DNA of 64,000 nt from an uncultured Bacteroidia bacterium (GCA_903902325.1 CAIUUO010000202.1:6262-70261), one strand, 5' to 3'. Counted from the stretch's first letter, positions 54,511-62,871 are shown. A program made the numbers and translations. Notes: generated by a model not told the origin, from the letters alone.

Positions 54511-54555
54511 GTGACCCTGGAGAGACTCGAACCCCCAACCTTCTGATCCGTAGTC
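54511..54555 (-). pseudogene. 3' fragment of a tRNA-Arg(ACG) gene (anticodon loop to acceptor end); putative att scar
   Basis: The minus strand reads GACTACGGATCAGAAGGTTGGGGGTTCGAGTCTCTCCAGGGTCAC. That contains an anticodon loop CTACGGA, the 3' anticodon stem TCAGA, a T-arm GGGGG-TTCGAGT-CTCTC and the acceptor 3' strand CAGGGTC plus discriminator A. The matching 5' acceptor strand (GACCCTG), D-arm and 5' anticodon stem are absent upstream. Confidence 0.7.
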
Positions 54556-54842
54556 CGTAAATTCCATTCCACTGATTATCATTGTGTTGTATTCCTTATC
54601 ATTAGGTATTCGGGTTTTGTACTGTTTGTCATTATTTGTCCCTGATTTACCCAAAACTTGGCGTGAAACTTGGCGTGTTGATTTGGTGTAATCTAACACC
54701 GACCTTGAACCCAAGAATCGGGTTGAAGATAATCATCCTGTTCAATTTGAATTTAAGAATTTTGATCGATAGTTGACTTCGTAGATTTTAAAAGTAGGTA
54801 TTTATTTTGTTATATTTGGGAGACTTAACCAATCGTCAAAAT

Positions 54843-56969
54843 ATGAAAACCTACACCTCGACATTTGGAATTATTCTGTTAGGACTGATCATCACATTGA
54901 TAATCTGCTGTAAAAAAGAATCACCTAAAGTTGAACCGACAGTAACTTTAACAACTGCAACCAATATTACAGCTAATTCAACAACTTCAGGCGGTTCGGT
55001 AACCGCTGATGGAGGAGATCAAGTAACAGCAAGAGGTGTTTGTTGGAGTTCTACTAATGCGACTCCCACGACTTCAGATAATAAAACAACCGATGGAACG
55101 GGAACTGGTTTTTTCTCAAGCTCATTATCTGGATTAACACAAGGAACAACATACAATATACGGGCTTACGCTACAAACTCTGTTGGAACAGGATATAGTA
55201 GTGCGACTTCATTCAAAACGCTGGCTCTAGCTCCAACGCTAACAACAACTGATTTATCAGCAGTAACAGCTACTTCATTCAACAGTGGTGGAAATATTAC
55301 CAATGATGGAGGGTCGCCTGTTACTGCCAGAGGAGTTTGCTGGAGCATTAATCAAAATCCAACCTTTTCAGACAGTAAAACCTCAGATGGAACAGGAACA
55401 GGAATTTTCACAAGTTCAGTTACGGGATTAGCAGCTGGAACTACATACTATGCTAGGGCATATGCGACAAACAGCATCGGTACAACTTATGGAAACCAAT
55501 TAACGTCAAAGACATCTGCTGTTGTTCCAACCCTGACAACTACGGTTGCATCATCCATTACATCAACGACAGCCACCAGTGGTGGTAATATCACTTCAGA
55601 CGGAGGTGGAGCAATCTCGATCAGAGGAGTCTGTTGGGGTACTACAGCCAGTCCAACAACTACTGGTAGTAAAACTTCTGATAACACTGGAACGGGTAGT
55701 TTCACAAGTTCTATTACTGGACTAACAGCCAATACAACCTATTATGTCAGGGCTTATGCTACAAATAGTGCTGGTACAGCATACGGTAGTGAAATTTCCT
55801 TCAAAACTTCAGCAAAACTTCCAACTCTGACAACTACTGCTGTTACAGCTATTACCAATACAACAGCTTCAAGTGGCGGAAATGTTACAAATGACGGGGG
55901 GGCAACAATTAGTGCCAGAGGAGTTTGCTGGAGTACCAGTCAGAATCCAACCACAACAGACAATAAAACAGCAGACGCAACTGGTACTGGGGTATTCACG
56001 AGTTCCATTACCGGTTTAACAGCTAATACCACTTATTACATTAGGGCTTATGCCTCCAATAGTGCTGGTACAGCTTATGGGAATCAGGTGTCTGCTACAA
56101 CGACCAATACTCCAACTGGCCTTGCTGATGTATATTATGGTAAAGTGGCCGTTGGTGGATCATTTATGCCAACCGCAGAATATATAAAAGCAAATTTCAA
56201 CAGAGCAAGTGGTGAAGTTGGTGGTTATCCAATACCTAAAAAATACCAATTTGATACTACTCCTGGGCAATATATATACTTTGTTTATAAAGATTCTCCT
56301 TCAGGTGTTGGATATGGTTATAGGGCAATAAATTGGGTTAGAGTACCTGGGGCTTGTGGTTCATCACAAATCGCTGGCTATGGCGTGGGATCAGTTTATA
56401 GTTATAAACAAATTGATCCGCCAACTACCCAAATTCTTTGTGCAGGTACTTTTTTTGTTCAATATTACGGGAAAATTGATATTGATGGTACGATTTATAG
56501 AGTTTGGAAATCAGGATTGGCGAATGTTGATCCAGTTGTAGAAGTATTTTCTATTCCGGACAATCCATCTGGACTTGCTGATGTTTATTATGGTATAAGC
56601 ACAGATACACAAGTAACTGCTGATTATATTTTAACAAATTTCACAAAGACCACTGGACCCGTTGGTACTCCAACAGGTAAACAATATACATTTGGAGACA
56701 CATTTAATACATATAGATTTTGGGCTATTCCTGATCTTCCAAATACGGGTGAACGAGTAATAGCTAATCTTACAACATCAGATGGCTTGGCTGTTATAGG
56801 TCTTCAACCAGGCGGAACTTTTTATACCTATTATCAAAATAACCCTACTCCACCTTCTCAATCCATACAATACGGGAAATTGGACATCAATGGGATCACA
56901 TATAGATTGTATAGAACAACACTTAAATATACAAGTACTACAACTCAATTTCGAGTCTATTCATTTTGA
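54843..56969 (+). CDS. Surface lipoprotein with four about 93-aa Fn3-like tandem repeats and a duplicated C-terminal domain of unknown function
   Basis: The ORF opens at 54807, but the likely start is MKTYTSTFGIILLGLIITLIICCKKE (lipobox). There are four repeats of the pattern TTxxxTxITxTTAxSGGNxTxDGGxxxxARGVCWSxxxNPTxxDxKTxDGTGTGxFTSSxTGLxxxTTYYxRAYATNSxGTxYG. These are followed by two about 150-aa repeats that each start GLADVYYG. Confidence 0.7.
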   Translation: MKTYTSTFGIILLGLIITLIICCKKESPKVEPTVTLTTATNITANSTTSGGSVTADGGDQVTARGVCWSSTNATPTTSDNKTTDGTGTGFFSSSLSGLTQGTTYNIRAYATNSVGTGYSSATSFKTLALAPTLTTTDLSAVTATSFNSGGNITNDGGSPVTARGVCWSINQNPTFSDSKTSDGTGTGIFTSSVTGLAAGTTYYARAYATNSIGTTYGNQLTSKTSAVVPTLTTTVASSITSTTATSGGNITSDGGGAISIRGVCWGTTASPTTTGSKTSDNTGTGSFTSSITGLTANTTYYVRAYATNSAGTAYGSEISFKTSAKLPTLTTTAVTAITNTTASSGGNVTNDGGATISARGVCWSTSQNPTTTDNKTADATGTGVFTSSITGLTANTTYYIRAYASNSAGTAYGNQVSATTTNTPTGLADVYYGKVAVGGSFMPTAEYIKANFNRASGEVGGYPIPKKYQFDTTPGQYIYFVYKDSPSGVGYGYRAINWVRVPGACGSSQIAGYGVGSVYSYKQIDPPTTQILCAGTFFVQYYGKIDIDGTIYRVWKSGLANVDPVVEVFSIPDNPSGLADVYYGISTDTQVTADYILTNFTKTTGPVGTPTGKQYTFGDTFNTYRFWAIPDLPNTGERVIANLTTSDGLAVIGLQPGGTFYTYYQNNPTPPSQSIQYGKLDINGITYRLYRTTLKYTSTTTQFRVYSF
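54942..56105 (+). repeat. Intragenic tandem DNA repeats (about 280-bp period, 4 copies)
   Basis: These DNA repeats encode the four Fn3-like modules of the lipoprotein. Recurring strings include ggagtttgctggag and acaacttattatgt/acatactatgc. Confidence 0.75.
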
Positions 56970-57012
56970 TGAATTTTGGAATCTAGGAAATTCAATATAA
57001 TATATTTACATT

Positions 57013-57975
57013 ATGCATTTAGATGATTTAATTAGAGATGAAGCAATCCTTATTAGATATATTAAAAAGTCAATTGCTGACTCAATAGATTTGGTTGTTG
57101 ATAAGTGTACAGGACTTGGAAATATTCCGCAAGAACCTGATTTTGTTGCTTCACTTGTTATAAATTTCACTCCAGAATTGCTCAAAATAATGCAAGTTGT
57201 TTTTCCAAATTATAAATTTGCTTTGACGGGTGTTTTTTGCCATCAGAAGCCACTTGTAAATATTGGACTTTCTACGAATCCTGAAATTGGAGACTTATTA
57301 TTTGTGTATGTTGATACTGATAAAAATAACATAACAAAGCTAAACTCACTTTTATTTCAAGCAAAAGTTACGAGAACTAATTCAATAAATATTCAGAATG
57401 CATTTGCACATCAACTGAAACTGTATTCTGAATGGCCTGATTTTGAGTATAAAAGAGCTGGTGTACTTAACGGAGTTAAGAGAAAAATACAGCCTAAAAC
57501 ATTAAATGATGGAGCCCAATATCTTCTTATAAACCCTTGTTCATTGTATTATCCTCAAAGGAATGTACGTAGATCCCGAATGGGTTGTTCTATTCCAAAT
57601 AAAAAACTTCAAGTCAACAACGACTTGGCAGTTGAAATATTGGATTTTCTAAAGTTTAAGGCTGGCAGAGCATTTGAGGCTGATCCTTCAATTTCAAATG
57701 ACGACTGGACCAAAATGATATGGGATATTTTGAACATTACCAAAGCTAAGGCTTCAAAAAGAAAAAATTCAGGTATCATAAATTTTCCAAGACAAATGGC
57801 GGCTGAATTTGATGGTTGTTGCTTCATATCCTCAGAGATAAATTCTATCTATCAAGATTTACACAGTGAGTTCAGTTATTGGGACTCAAACAATCAGAAT
57901 GAGATCAAATTTATTGATGAAGATCATATTTCGCTTTCAGTTATAGTCATTGAAAGTAATGAACTGATTGAATGA
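57013..57975 (+). CDS. Orphan hypothetical protein with PD-(D/E)xK-nuclease-like motifs
   Basis: 320 aa. Candidate motifs are EPDF (about aa 41), EIGDLLFVYVD (Asp on a hydrophobic strand), SLLFQAKV ((E/Q)xK) and HQLKLY (QxxxY). Their order and spacing resemble RecB/Cas4-type PD-(D/E)xK cores. This is motif reading only. Confidence 0.45.
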   Translation: MHLDDLIRDEAILIRYIKKSIADSIDLVVDKCTGLGNIPQEPDFVASLVINFTPELLKIMQVVFPNYKFALTGVFCHQKPLVNIGLSTNPEIGDLLFVYVDTDKNNITKLNSLLFQAKVTRTNSINIQNAFAHQLKLYSEWPDFEYKRAGVLNGVKRKIQPKTLNDGAQYLLINPCSLYYPQRNVRRSRMGCSIPNKKLQVNNDLAVEILDFLKFKAGRAFEADPSISNDDWTKMIWDILNITKAKASKRKNSGIINFPRQMAAEFDGCCFISSEINSIYQDLHSEFSYWDSNNQNEIKFIDEDHISLSVIVIESNELIE

Positions 57976-58030
57976 TAAGGAATAAATACACAAGACCAAA
58001 AGAGCTGACAGGCAAATCTAAGTTTCAAAA

Positions 58031-59254
58031 TCAAAACAGTATCTCATTGATCTTATGGGTCTTCTCAATATCTAGGGAGGACAAATAGTGACTACTTGTT
58101 TGCGGATTTGCGTGACCGAGCATTTCAGAAATTTCCTCAATGGATCTTCCCCCGCGTTTCAGGCAAGTGGCGTATGAGTCCCTGGCAGTCTTGAGCTTCA
58201 ACGGAACTGACAGTTCCAACTTCTTGCCTAAAGCGGTCAAATTCTTGTTTAGTAACTGTTTCATCTTGTGATTCTTGTTCTCAAAAGTGACATCTGAGTA
58301 GCCGTCACACATTAACCCTAATATATACGGACTGGTCTTAACACCGACCTTATCAATGAGGGTTCGTAATTTTAGACTGACAGGGATAGATATCTCGTTG
58401 ATGTTATTCTTCCGTGTCGTTTCTGTTTTCTTGCGGATAATTCTAATGTATTCACCGCTAATATTGTCCCATTTCATACGTAACAGGTCACCAAAATTGA
58501 TCCCGTTCATCCTGTAGAGGAGTAACCATATATCTCTGGCATACTCAAGATCCTTTTCATCTTCCTTGAATTCGGTGTAATCTGCCACCTTTCTAATTTC
58601 ATCGTTGGTCATTACAATTTTCTTAGGCCAGGAACTCTTCAGGCTGTACCCGCCACCTTTGCCGAAGGGATATTCATAGTCTCTGGGGATCAATTTAACC
58701 TCATTGGTATAATAGTTGATCAGCCGACGAAGATCCCTTAAATTGGAGTCTATGCTACTCTGTGACCATCCCAGTTTTAGTTTATCCCGTTCAAATTTTT
58801 GTAGGAAATCCGGTGTTACATCGCTGACAGATAATCCGGGTTTGTAGTTCTCAAACGTCTGCATAGTCATCTTGACGTGGGCACGGGTTCTGATCTTTAG
58901 ATGTTCAAGGCCGTAGGTCTCATTAAAATTGGTGAACAGGTCTTGGAGTAGGAGAGAGGTTGGGATCTCCTTGTCCTTTTCGAAGAATAGCTCCCTGAAT
59001 CTTTTTTTGTTGTACACTTTCATTTCTGAAAATAGCCTTTCGCATTTGGTGATATACTTGTTGCAGGTATCACGGAACTCAATACTCTTAGGTTCGCCGA
59101 ATTTCTTGACAAAGACCTGATTGTATTGGGTCTTTGTCATCTTTCCGACATTCAGATACATTACGTCACCTTTGTGTGTAATCCTTACTGTCAGGTTGTA
59201 CTTGTCGTCAGACAACTTAGTTCTGAGATCAAGGACGATTTTAATCTTTGCCAT
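58031..59254 (-). CDS. Tyrosine site-specific integrase (Bacteroidetes type with N-terminal arm-binding domain)
   Basis: 407 aa. The N-terminus MAKIKIVLDLR ... YNLTVRITHKG is a typical arm-binding domain. The catalytic region has TARDSYATCLKRGG, MLGHANPQTSSHYL and the context for the catalytic Tyr. Confidence 0.9.
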   Translation of the reverse strand: MAKIKIVLDLRTKLSDDKYNLTVRITHKGDVMYLNVGKMTKTQYNQVFVKKFGEPKSIEFRDTCNKYITKCERLFSEMKVYNKKRFRELFFEKDKEIPTSLLLQDLFTNFNETYGLEHLKIRTRAHVKMTMQTFENYKPGLSVSDVTPDFLQKFERDKLKLGWSQSSIDSNLRDLRRLINYYTNEVKLIPRDYEYPFGKGGGYSLKSSWPKKIVMTNDEIRKVADYTEFKEDEKDLEYARDIWLLLYRMNGINFGDLLRMKWDNISGEYIRIIRKKTETTRKNNINEISIPVSLKLRTLIDKVGVKTSPYILGLMCDGYSDVTFENKNHKMKQLLNKNLTALGKKLELSVPLKLKTARDSYATCLKRGGRSIEEISEMLGHANPQTSSHYLSSLDIEKTHKINEILF

Positions 59255-59266
59255 AGTTACCTTCTA

Positions 59267-59473
59267 TTATATCTTTCTCAATTTTGGAAGTTCGTGAACC
59301 ATATCACCTTCGTTCAGGAGCCATTCATCTATTTGTTCCGTGTCAAACAGAACCCTTCTCCCAACTTTTAAATATGGGATGGTGCATCTCATAACCCTTT
59401 TGTAGATCGTTGATTTACTAAGAGAGGTGTATTCACTTACACCGTTTACATCTAAAAACCTTGTGCTTTTCAT
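59267..59473 (-). CDS. Excisionase/AlpA-like helix-turn-helix DNA-binding protein
   Basis: 68 aa with FLDVNGVSEYTSLSKSTIYKRVMRCTIPYLKVGRRVLFDTEQIDEWL, the excisionase-family HTH pattern. It sits immediately upstream of the integrase. Confidence 0.75.
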   Translation of the reverse strand: MKSTRFLDVNGVSEYTSLSKSTIYKRVMRCTIPYLKVGRRVLFDTEQIDEWLLNEGDMVHELPKLRKI

Positions 59474-59901
59474 AATTCTTCAATTTTAAAATTTACACTA
59501 TTATTGTTTATAAAATTCATTTTTTGAGTTATTAAATTGCTATTAATTATCTGGTTGCCAGATTGTTTCGTTTTATTTATTTTGTTTTTACCCCCCCTGA
59601 CACCCCTCTCCAGACCCGGCACCCGGGCTCCTCTCTCTATTTATCCCCCCTTATATGGTAGTTAACTGTCACATATAGAACGCTTTCAATACCTCAGAAA
59701 AATGCTGCCGGGATTTTGGCCAGAAATTTGGAAATTTGTTCAAAGAGGGTCGGTGGAATTCCCACCATTCTCTTTTCATATCGTTTGCGCTCTTTTGCCG
59801 GAGATTGCGCTCCGGGTAGCGCATACTGGTCAAGTTTTCTGGGAGGTGAGGTGTCGTCCAAGAGGGTCAGTGACTAACGCACTGACATCTTGAAAGATCC
59901 A

Positions 59902-60258
59902 TTACGATCTTCTAAACACTCTGAATTTCTCTCCGGTGGGAAGAATCCTTAATTTGTATTCTGGGAAGAAGGCGATTCTAAGCCTCAATACTGGATATCT
60001 CAATTCCCTATTTATCGGAAATGACTCTCCGGGATTTAGTCGTCTCATTGTTGCATTTAGCTTGAGAATGATATCGTAACTGATGTTACGAATTGGCTCT
60101 GGCATATCCTTATCAATAGTGAATATGTCTTCCATAGTTTCCTCTGAGGATGTTACCCTATTGTCGTTTTCGTGATCAAGTTGGGTGTTGATTCCTTCTG
60201 TGCTTTCAGAAAGTTGAATCAATTCTTGAAAAGATTCTGTCATAATTTGTTCTTTCAT
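59902..60258 (-). CDS. Hypothetical protein with an acidic N-terminal half
   Basis: 118-aa ORF in the same orientation as the island genes. No motif recognised. Confidence 0.4.
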   Translation of the reverse strand: MKEQIMTESFQELIQLSESTEGINTQLDHENDNRVTSSEETMEDIFTIDKDMPEPIRNISYDIILKLNATMRRLNPGESFPINRELRYPVLRLRIAFFPEYKLRILPTGEKFRVFRRS

Positions 60259-60322
60259 TTTAAAAAGTATTGTGGGGGTCTGAGTTAACCCCAGACCACC
60301 AGGTTAAAAAATTCTGTTTAAT

Positions 60323-61018
60323 CTACTTCATAGGTTTCTGTAATACCGTATCACCCAATAATTCCTTTCCGATGATCCGTCTTAGGTTCTTCTTCCTTTT
60401 CACGATCGTGAACTTTTCCAGACCAACGATTAATTGAAGAACTTTCTCTTTACTTGGTTCAGGTAATTTATGGTTACCACTATCTGCGCCAATATTTACC
60501 TGAATCGGTTCGCACCTCTTGATGAGATCAACCATTTCATCCAAATCAAAGTCCAAAATGGGTTCAATGGTAACATATTTAGGAAGTTTGATTCGAGACA
60601 TACCTTCTACACGATGAACCGGTAGAGGTCAGTTGTTCATTATCTCAGGGTAATACCTGTTTGTTTCGATGGTCGTGCAAACCACGGAATTTTCAGGTAG
60701 TACGAAGTCGAGCAATCGCACCGGATTTTTTGTTTGAAAAAGGTAACGATTATCAAACTTCTCACAGAGGTCAAGTGTCCTCTTGATCCATTCCGCTGGT
60801 ACAGCAGACGCAAACATATCGTTACTACTGCCGACAAAGATGAAGTTGCCGACACCTAATTTCGTCCTGAGTTCCTTTTCATCCAACCTGACAGGGTTCA
60901 GTGGACCCCAGCGTTTAACATAACAGTAGGAGCAATCGTGGGTACAAGTTCCTTTGACGGTATTCCAAGTATGGGTAATGAATTCATACATATTACCTTT
61001 GCTAGTATTTAGTGCCAT
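60323..61018 (-). pseudogene. DUF5131 / phage Gp37-Gp68-like three-Cys (CX3CXYC, radical-SAM-like) protein gene interrupted by one in-frame TGA
   Basis: The ORFs 60629..61018 (129 aa) and 60323..60601 (92 aa) are in the same frame. They are separated only by a TGA at 60629-60631 plus 9 sense codons. The N-terminal part carries HTWNTVKGTCTHDCSYCYVKRWG and FIFVGSSNDMFA, which resemble the Gp37/Gp68 family. The combined length of about 231 aa fits that family. Confidence 0.55.
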
Positions 61019-61044
61019 AATTCTTGATTTAAAATGTTAATAAT

Positions 61045-61070
61045 GGTGGTCTGGCAGATTCCAGACCACC
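61045..61070 (-). other. Intercistronic hairpin (GGTGGTCTGG / CCAGACCACC)
   Basis: Perfect 10-bp stem with a 6-nt loop, between the methyltransferase stop (61081) and the next start (61018). A related copy ending in the same CCAGACCACC lies at about 60273-60300. Confidence 0.6.
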
Positions 61071-61080
61071 GGTGTAATTT

Positions 61081-62871
61081 TTATCCGACTAATTTGTATT
61101 GTTGACCAATCTGAGGTTCAATTAGATTGGATTCAAGGATATGAAGTCTCCTCTGTGTCTGACGGAAGTAGTTTTCCTCCATCTCGACACCGATATAGTC
61201 CCTCTTCAGATTGAGTGATGATTCCATCGTACCACCAACACCGTTCCAGATATCCACCACCAGATCACCCGGTTCTGTGGATTCAAGTATCAGTACCTTA
61301 GTCAGGTATTGAGGGGCGGTCGATGTATGACGTTTTTCATCATCCTCACGGAAGTAGTCTTCCGGATGTTGAACGTTACCCTTGATGATACCGATGTTCC
61401 TGTTCAGGTCATCTTCCGAACCATCGATATTATCCATTACAATTTGTTTACAGGTCTCCTCGTCAAGGGTGTTCCTTGGTTTCTTCAGACTTGGTTGGTA
61501 ATACATACCCCCACGTCTGGTATTTCCACGGTTATCAGTGTTTGTACACCCTACATAGACCCCTTCTACTTCTTCATCCAGTTCGATGAAAAGATTAGGG
61601 TTGGAGTAATAGTTGTGGGGATCAAGAGTGAACCGGTAAACCATTTCCATCCCGTTGACCATATTCCTGGACTTGTGACTCCGTGGTTGTGGATTGTTTT
61701 TCCACCACACTATCCGACTGGTCAAATAAAAACCCTTACGTTCCATTTCTACCACGAAATGTTCGATACTACAGGAGAGTGATCCTTGGTGGTTTCGGAA
61801 ATCATCGATGATGACATAGATACTTCCGTCGGGAGACATAAACTGTTTGTAACGTTCGTATGTTTCGGACAGGTATACTCCATATTCGTGACCGGTCATA
61901 TTATGTCCTGTCTCCGTCTCCGGATCGTCCCCATTCAACCGTAAGTCACCGTACGGAGGTGATCCCACAAGACATCTGATCAGTTTCTTGAACGGATTTT
62001 CGAAGTCCACTGTCCGGTTATTCCCCTTGATAAGATGAACGTGTTCAGAAATGTAGGTTTCATTGATTTCGGGAACGGTAACTTTATTCTTCCTATGGTT
62101 ATCCTTCCTTTGTTCAACCTTACCCATCTTTACCAACATACCACGGAATTCATCAGGTGAAAGATCCTTTTTGAGATACCCTTTAACTATCTTGAATTCA
62201 GATTCGTCATTCAAGTCCAAATTGGAAAGAGAATATTCCAACCGATTGAAGTCGAATGACCCGTCACAGAGTTTCCTGTAGGATTCTTCTGACGTGAACT
62301 TTTCTGGGTACTTTTCAACAATTTTCCTTAATAGATGACCTTGGTTGTTGGTCATTTTACCATCGAAAATGGTCTCCAGAATACAATCTCCTTCACCTTT
62401 AAACAAACTATTCAAACTGACACGTTCCTTCACCTTGTTCTTTTTGTAACCCAACTCTTTCCCGATCTTGGAATACCGGTTCCCCGGTATTCCACGTTGT
62501 TCAGGATACATCTCAAGATAGTGTCGGAACTCCATTAGTTTTTCACGACCGGACTTGACCCGTTGTTTGTTAAGGTCGATTATGGTGTTTTTGATCTCGG
62601 TTTCATCCGAAATGTCCAATACCGAAACCTCCACCTCTGTCACACCCATCCATATAAGGGTCTGTAACCTGATCTTACCTGACACCACCCAGAAAACATC
62701 AGGTATCTCCAGGTCAGATCGATCCGGGACAACGATGATTGGATAAACTGGAACGTTACCGGTTCTTTTGATGGACTCCTTCAGGTAACTGACAGGGTTG
62801 GAATCGTACACTAAATCGTGGTAAGGATGAATGAAAAGTTTTTCATTCGAAACTTTAATTGTTCTCATCAT
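61081..62871 (-). CDS. ParB-like N-terminal domain fused to an N6/N4 DNA methyltransferase (beta-class order: motif IV then motif I)
   Basis: 596 aa. The N-terminal ParB/Srx-like segment has IHPYHDLVYD and PIIVVP ... VVSGKIRLQTL. Methyltransferase motif IV is LVGSPPYGDL. The C-terminal SAM-binding motif I-like sequence is PGDLVVDIWNGVGGT. Confidence 0.8.
   Translation of the reverse strand: MMRTIKVSNEKLFIHPYHDLVYDSNPVSYLKESIKRTGNVPVYPIIVVPDRSDLEIPDVFWVVSGKIRLQTLIWMGVTEVEVSVLDISDETEIKNTIIDLNKQRVKSGREKLMEFRHYLEMYPEQRGIPGNRYSKIGKELGYKKNKVKERVSLNSLFKGEGDCILETIFDGKMTNNQGHLLRKIVEKYPEKFTSEESYRKLCDGSFDFNRLEYSLSNLDLNDESEFKIVKGYLKKDLSPDEFRGMLVKMGKVEQRKDNHRKNKVTVPEINETYISEHVHLIKGNNRTVDFENPFKKLIRCLVGSPPYGDLRLNGDDPETETGHNMTGHEYGVYLSETYERYKQFMSPDGSIYVIIDDFRNHQGSLSCSIEHFVVEMERKGFYLTSRIVWWKNNPQPRSHKSRNMVNGMEMVYRFTLDPHNYYSNPNLFIELDEEVEGVYVGCTNTDNRGNTRRGGMYYQPSLKKPRNTLDEETCKQIVMDNIDGSEDDLNRNIGIIKGNVQHPEDYFREDDEKRHTSTAPQYLTKVLILESTEPGDLVVDIWNGVGGTMESSLNLKRDYIGVEMEENYFRQTQRRLHILESNLIEPQIGQQYKLVG

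Noticed and set aside
54370-54714. 114-aa minus-strand ORF spanning the tRNA fragment, and the possibility of an intact tRNA gene
   Set aside because: The ORF reads straight through the tRNA-derived sequence and has no supporting features. The tRNA itself lacks the 5' acceptor strand, D-arm and 5' anticodon stem, so only a 3' fragment is called.
59702-59893. 63-aa plus-strand ORF in the spacer upstream of the excisionase gene
   Set aside because: It runs opposite to all neighbouring island genes, spans several hairpins, has no start context resembling other genes here, and matches no motif. The region is treated as non-coding.
60629-60631. The in-frame TGA read as selenocysteine, or as evidence for a TGA-recoded (code 4-like) mobile element
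   Set aside because: I found no obvious SECIS-like hairpin immediately downstream. Neighbouring island genes (the integrase at 58031 and the ORF at 63083) terminate at TGA with sensible lengths. Nonsense mutation or a split gene is therefore the simpler reading. It is kept as a finding to verify.
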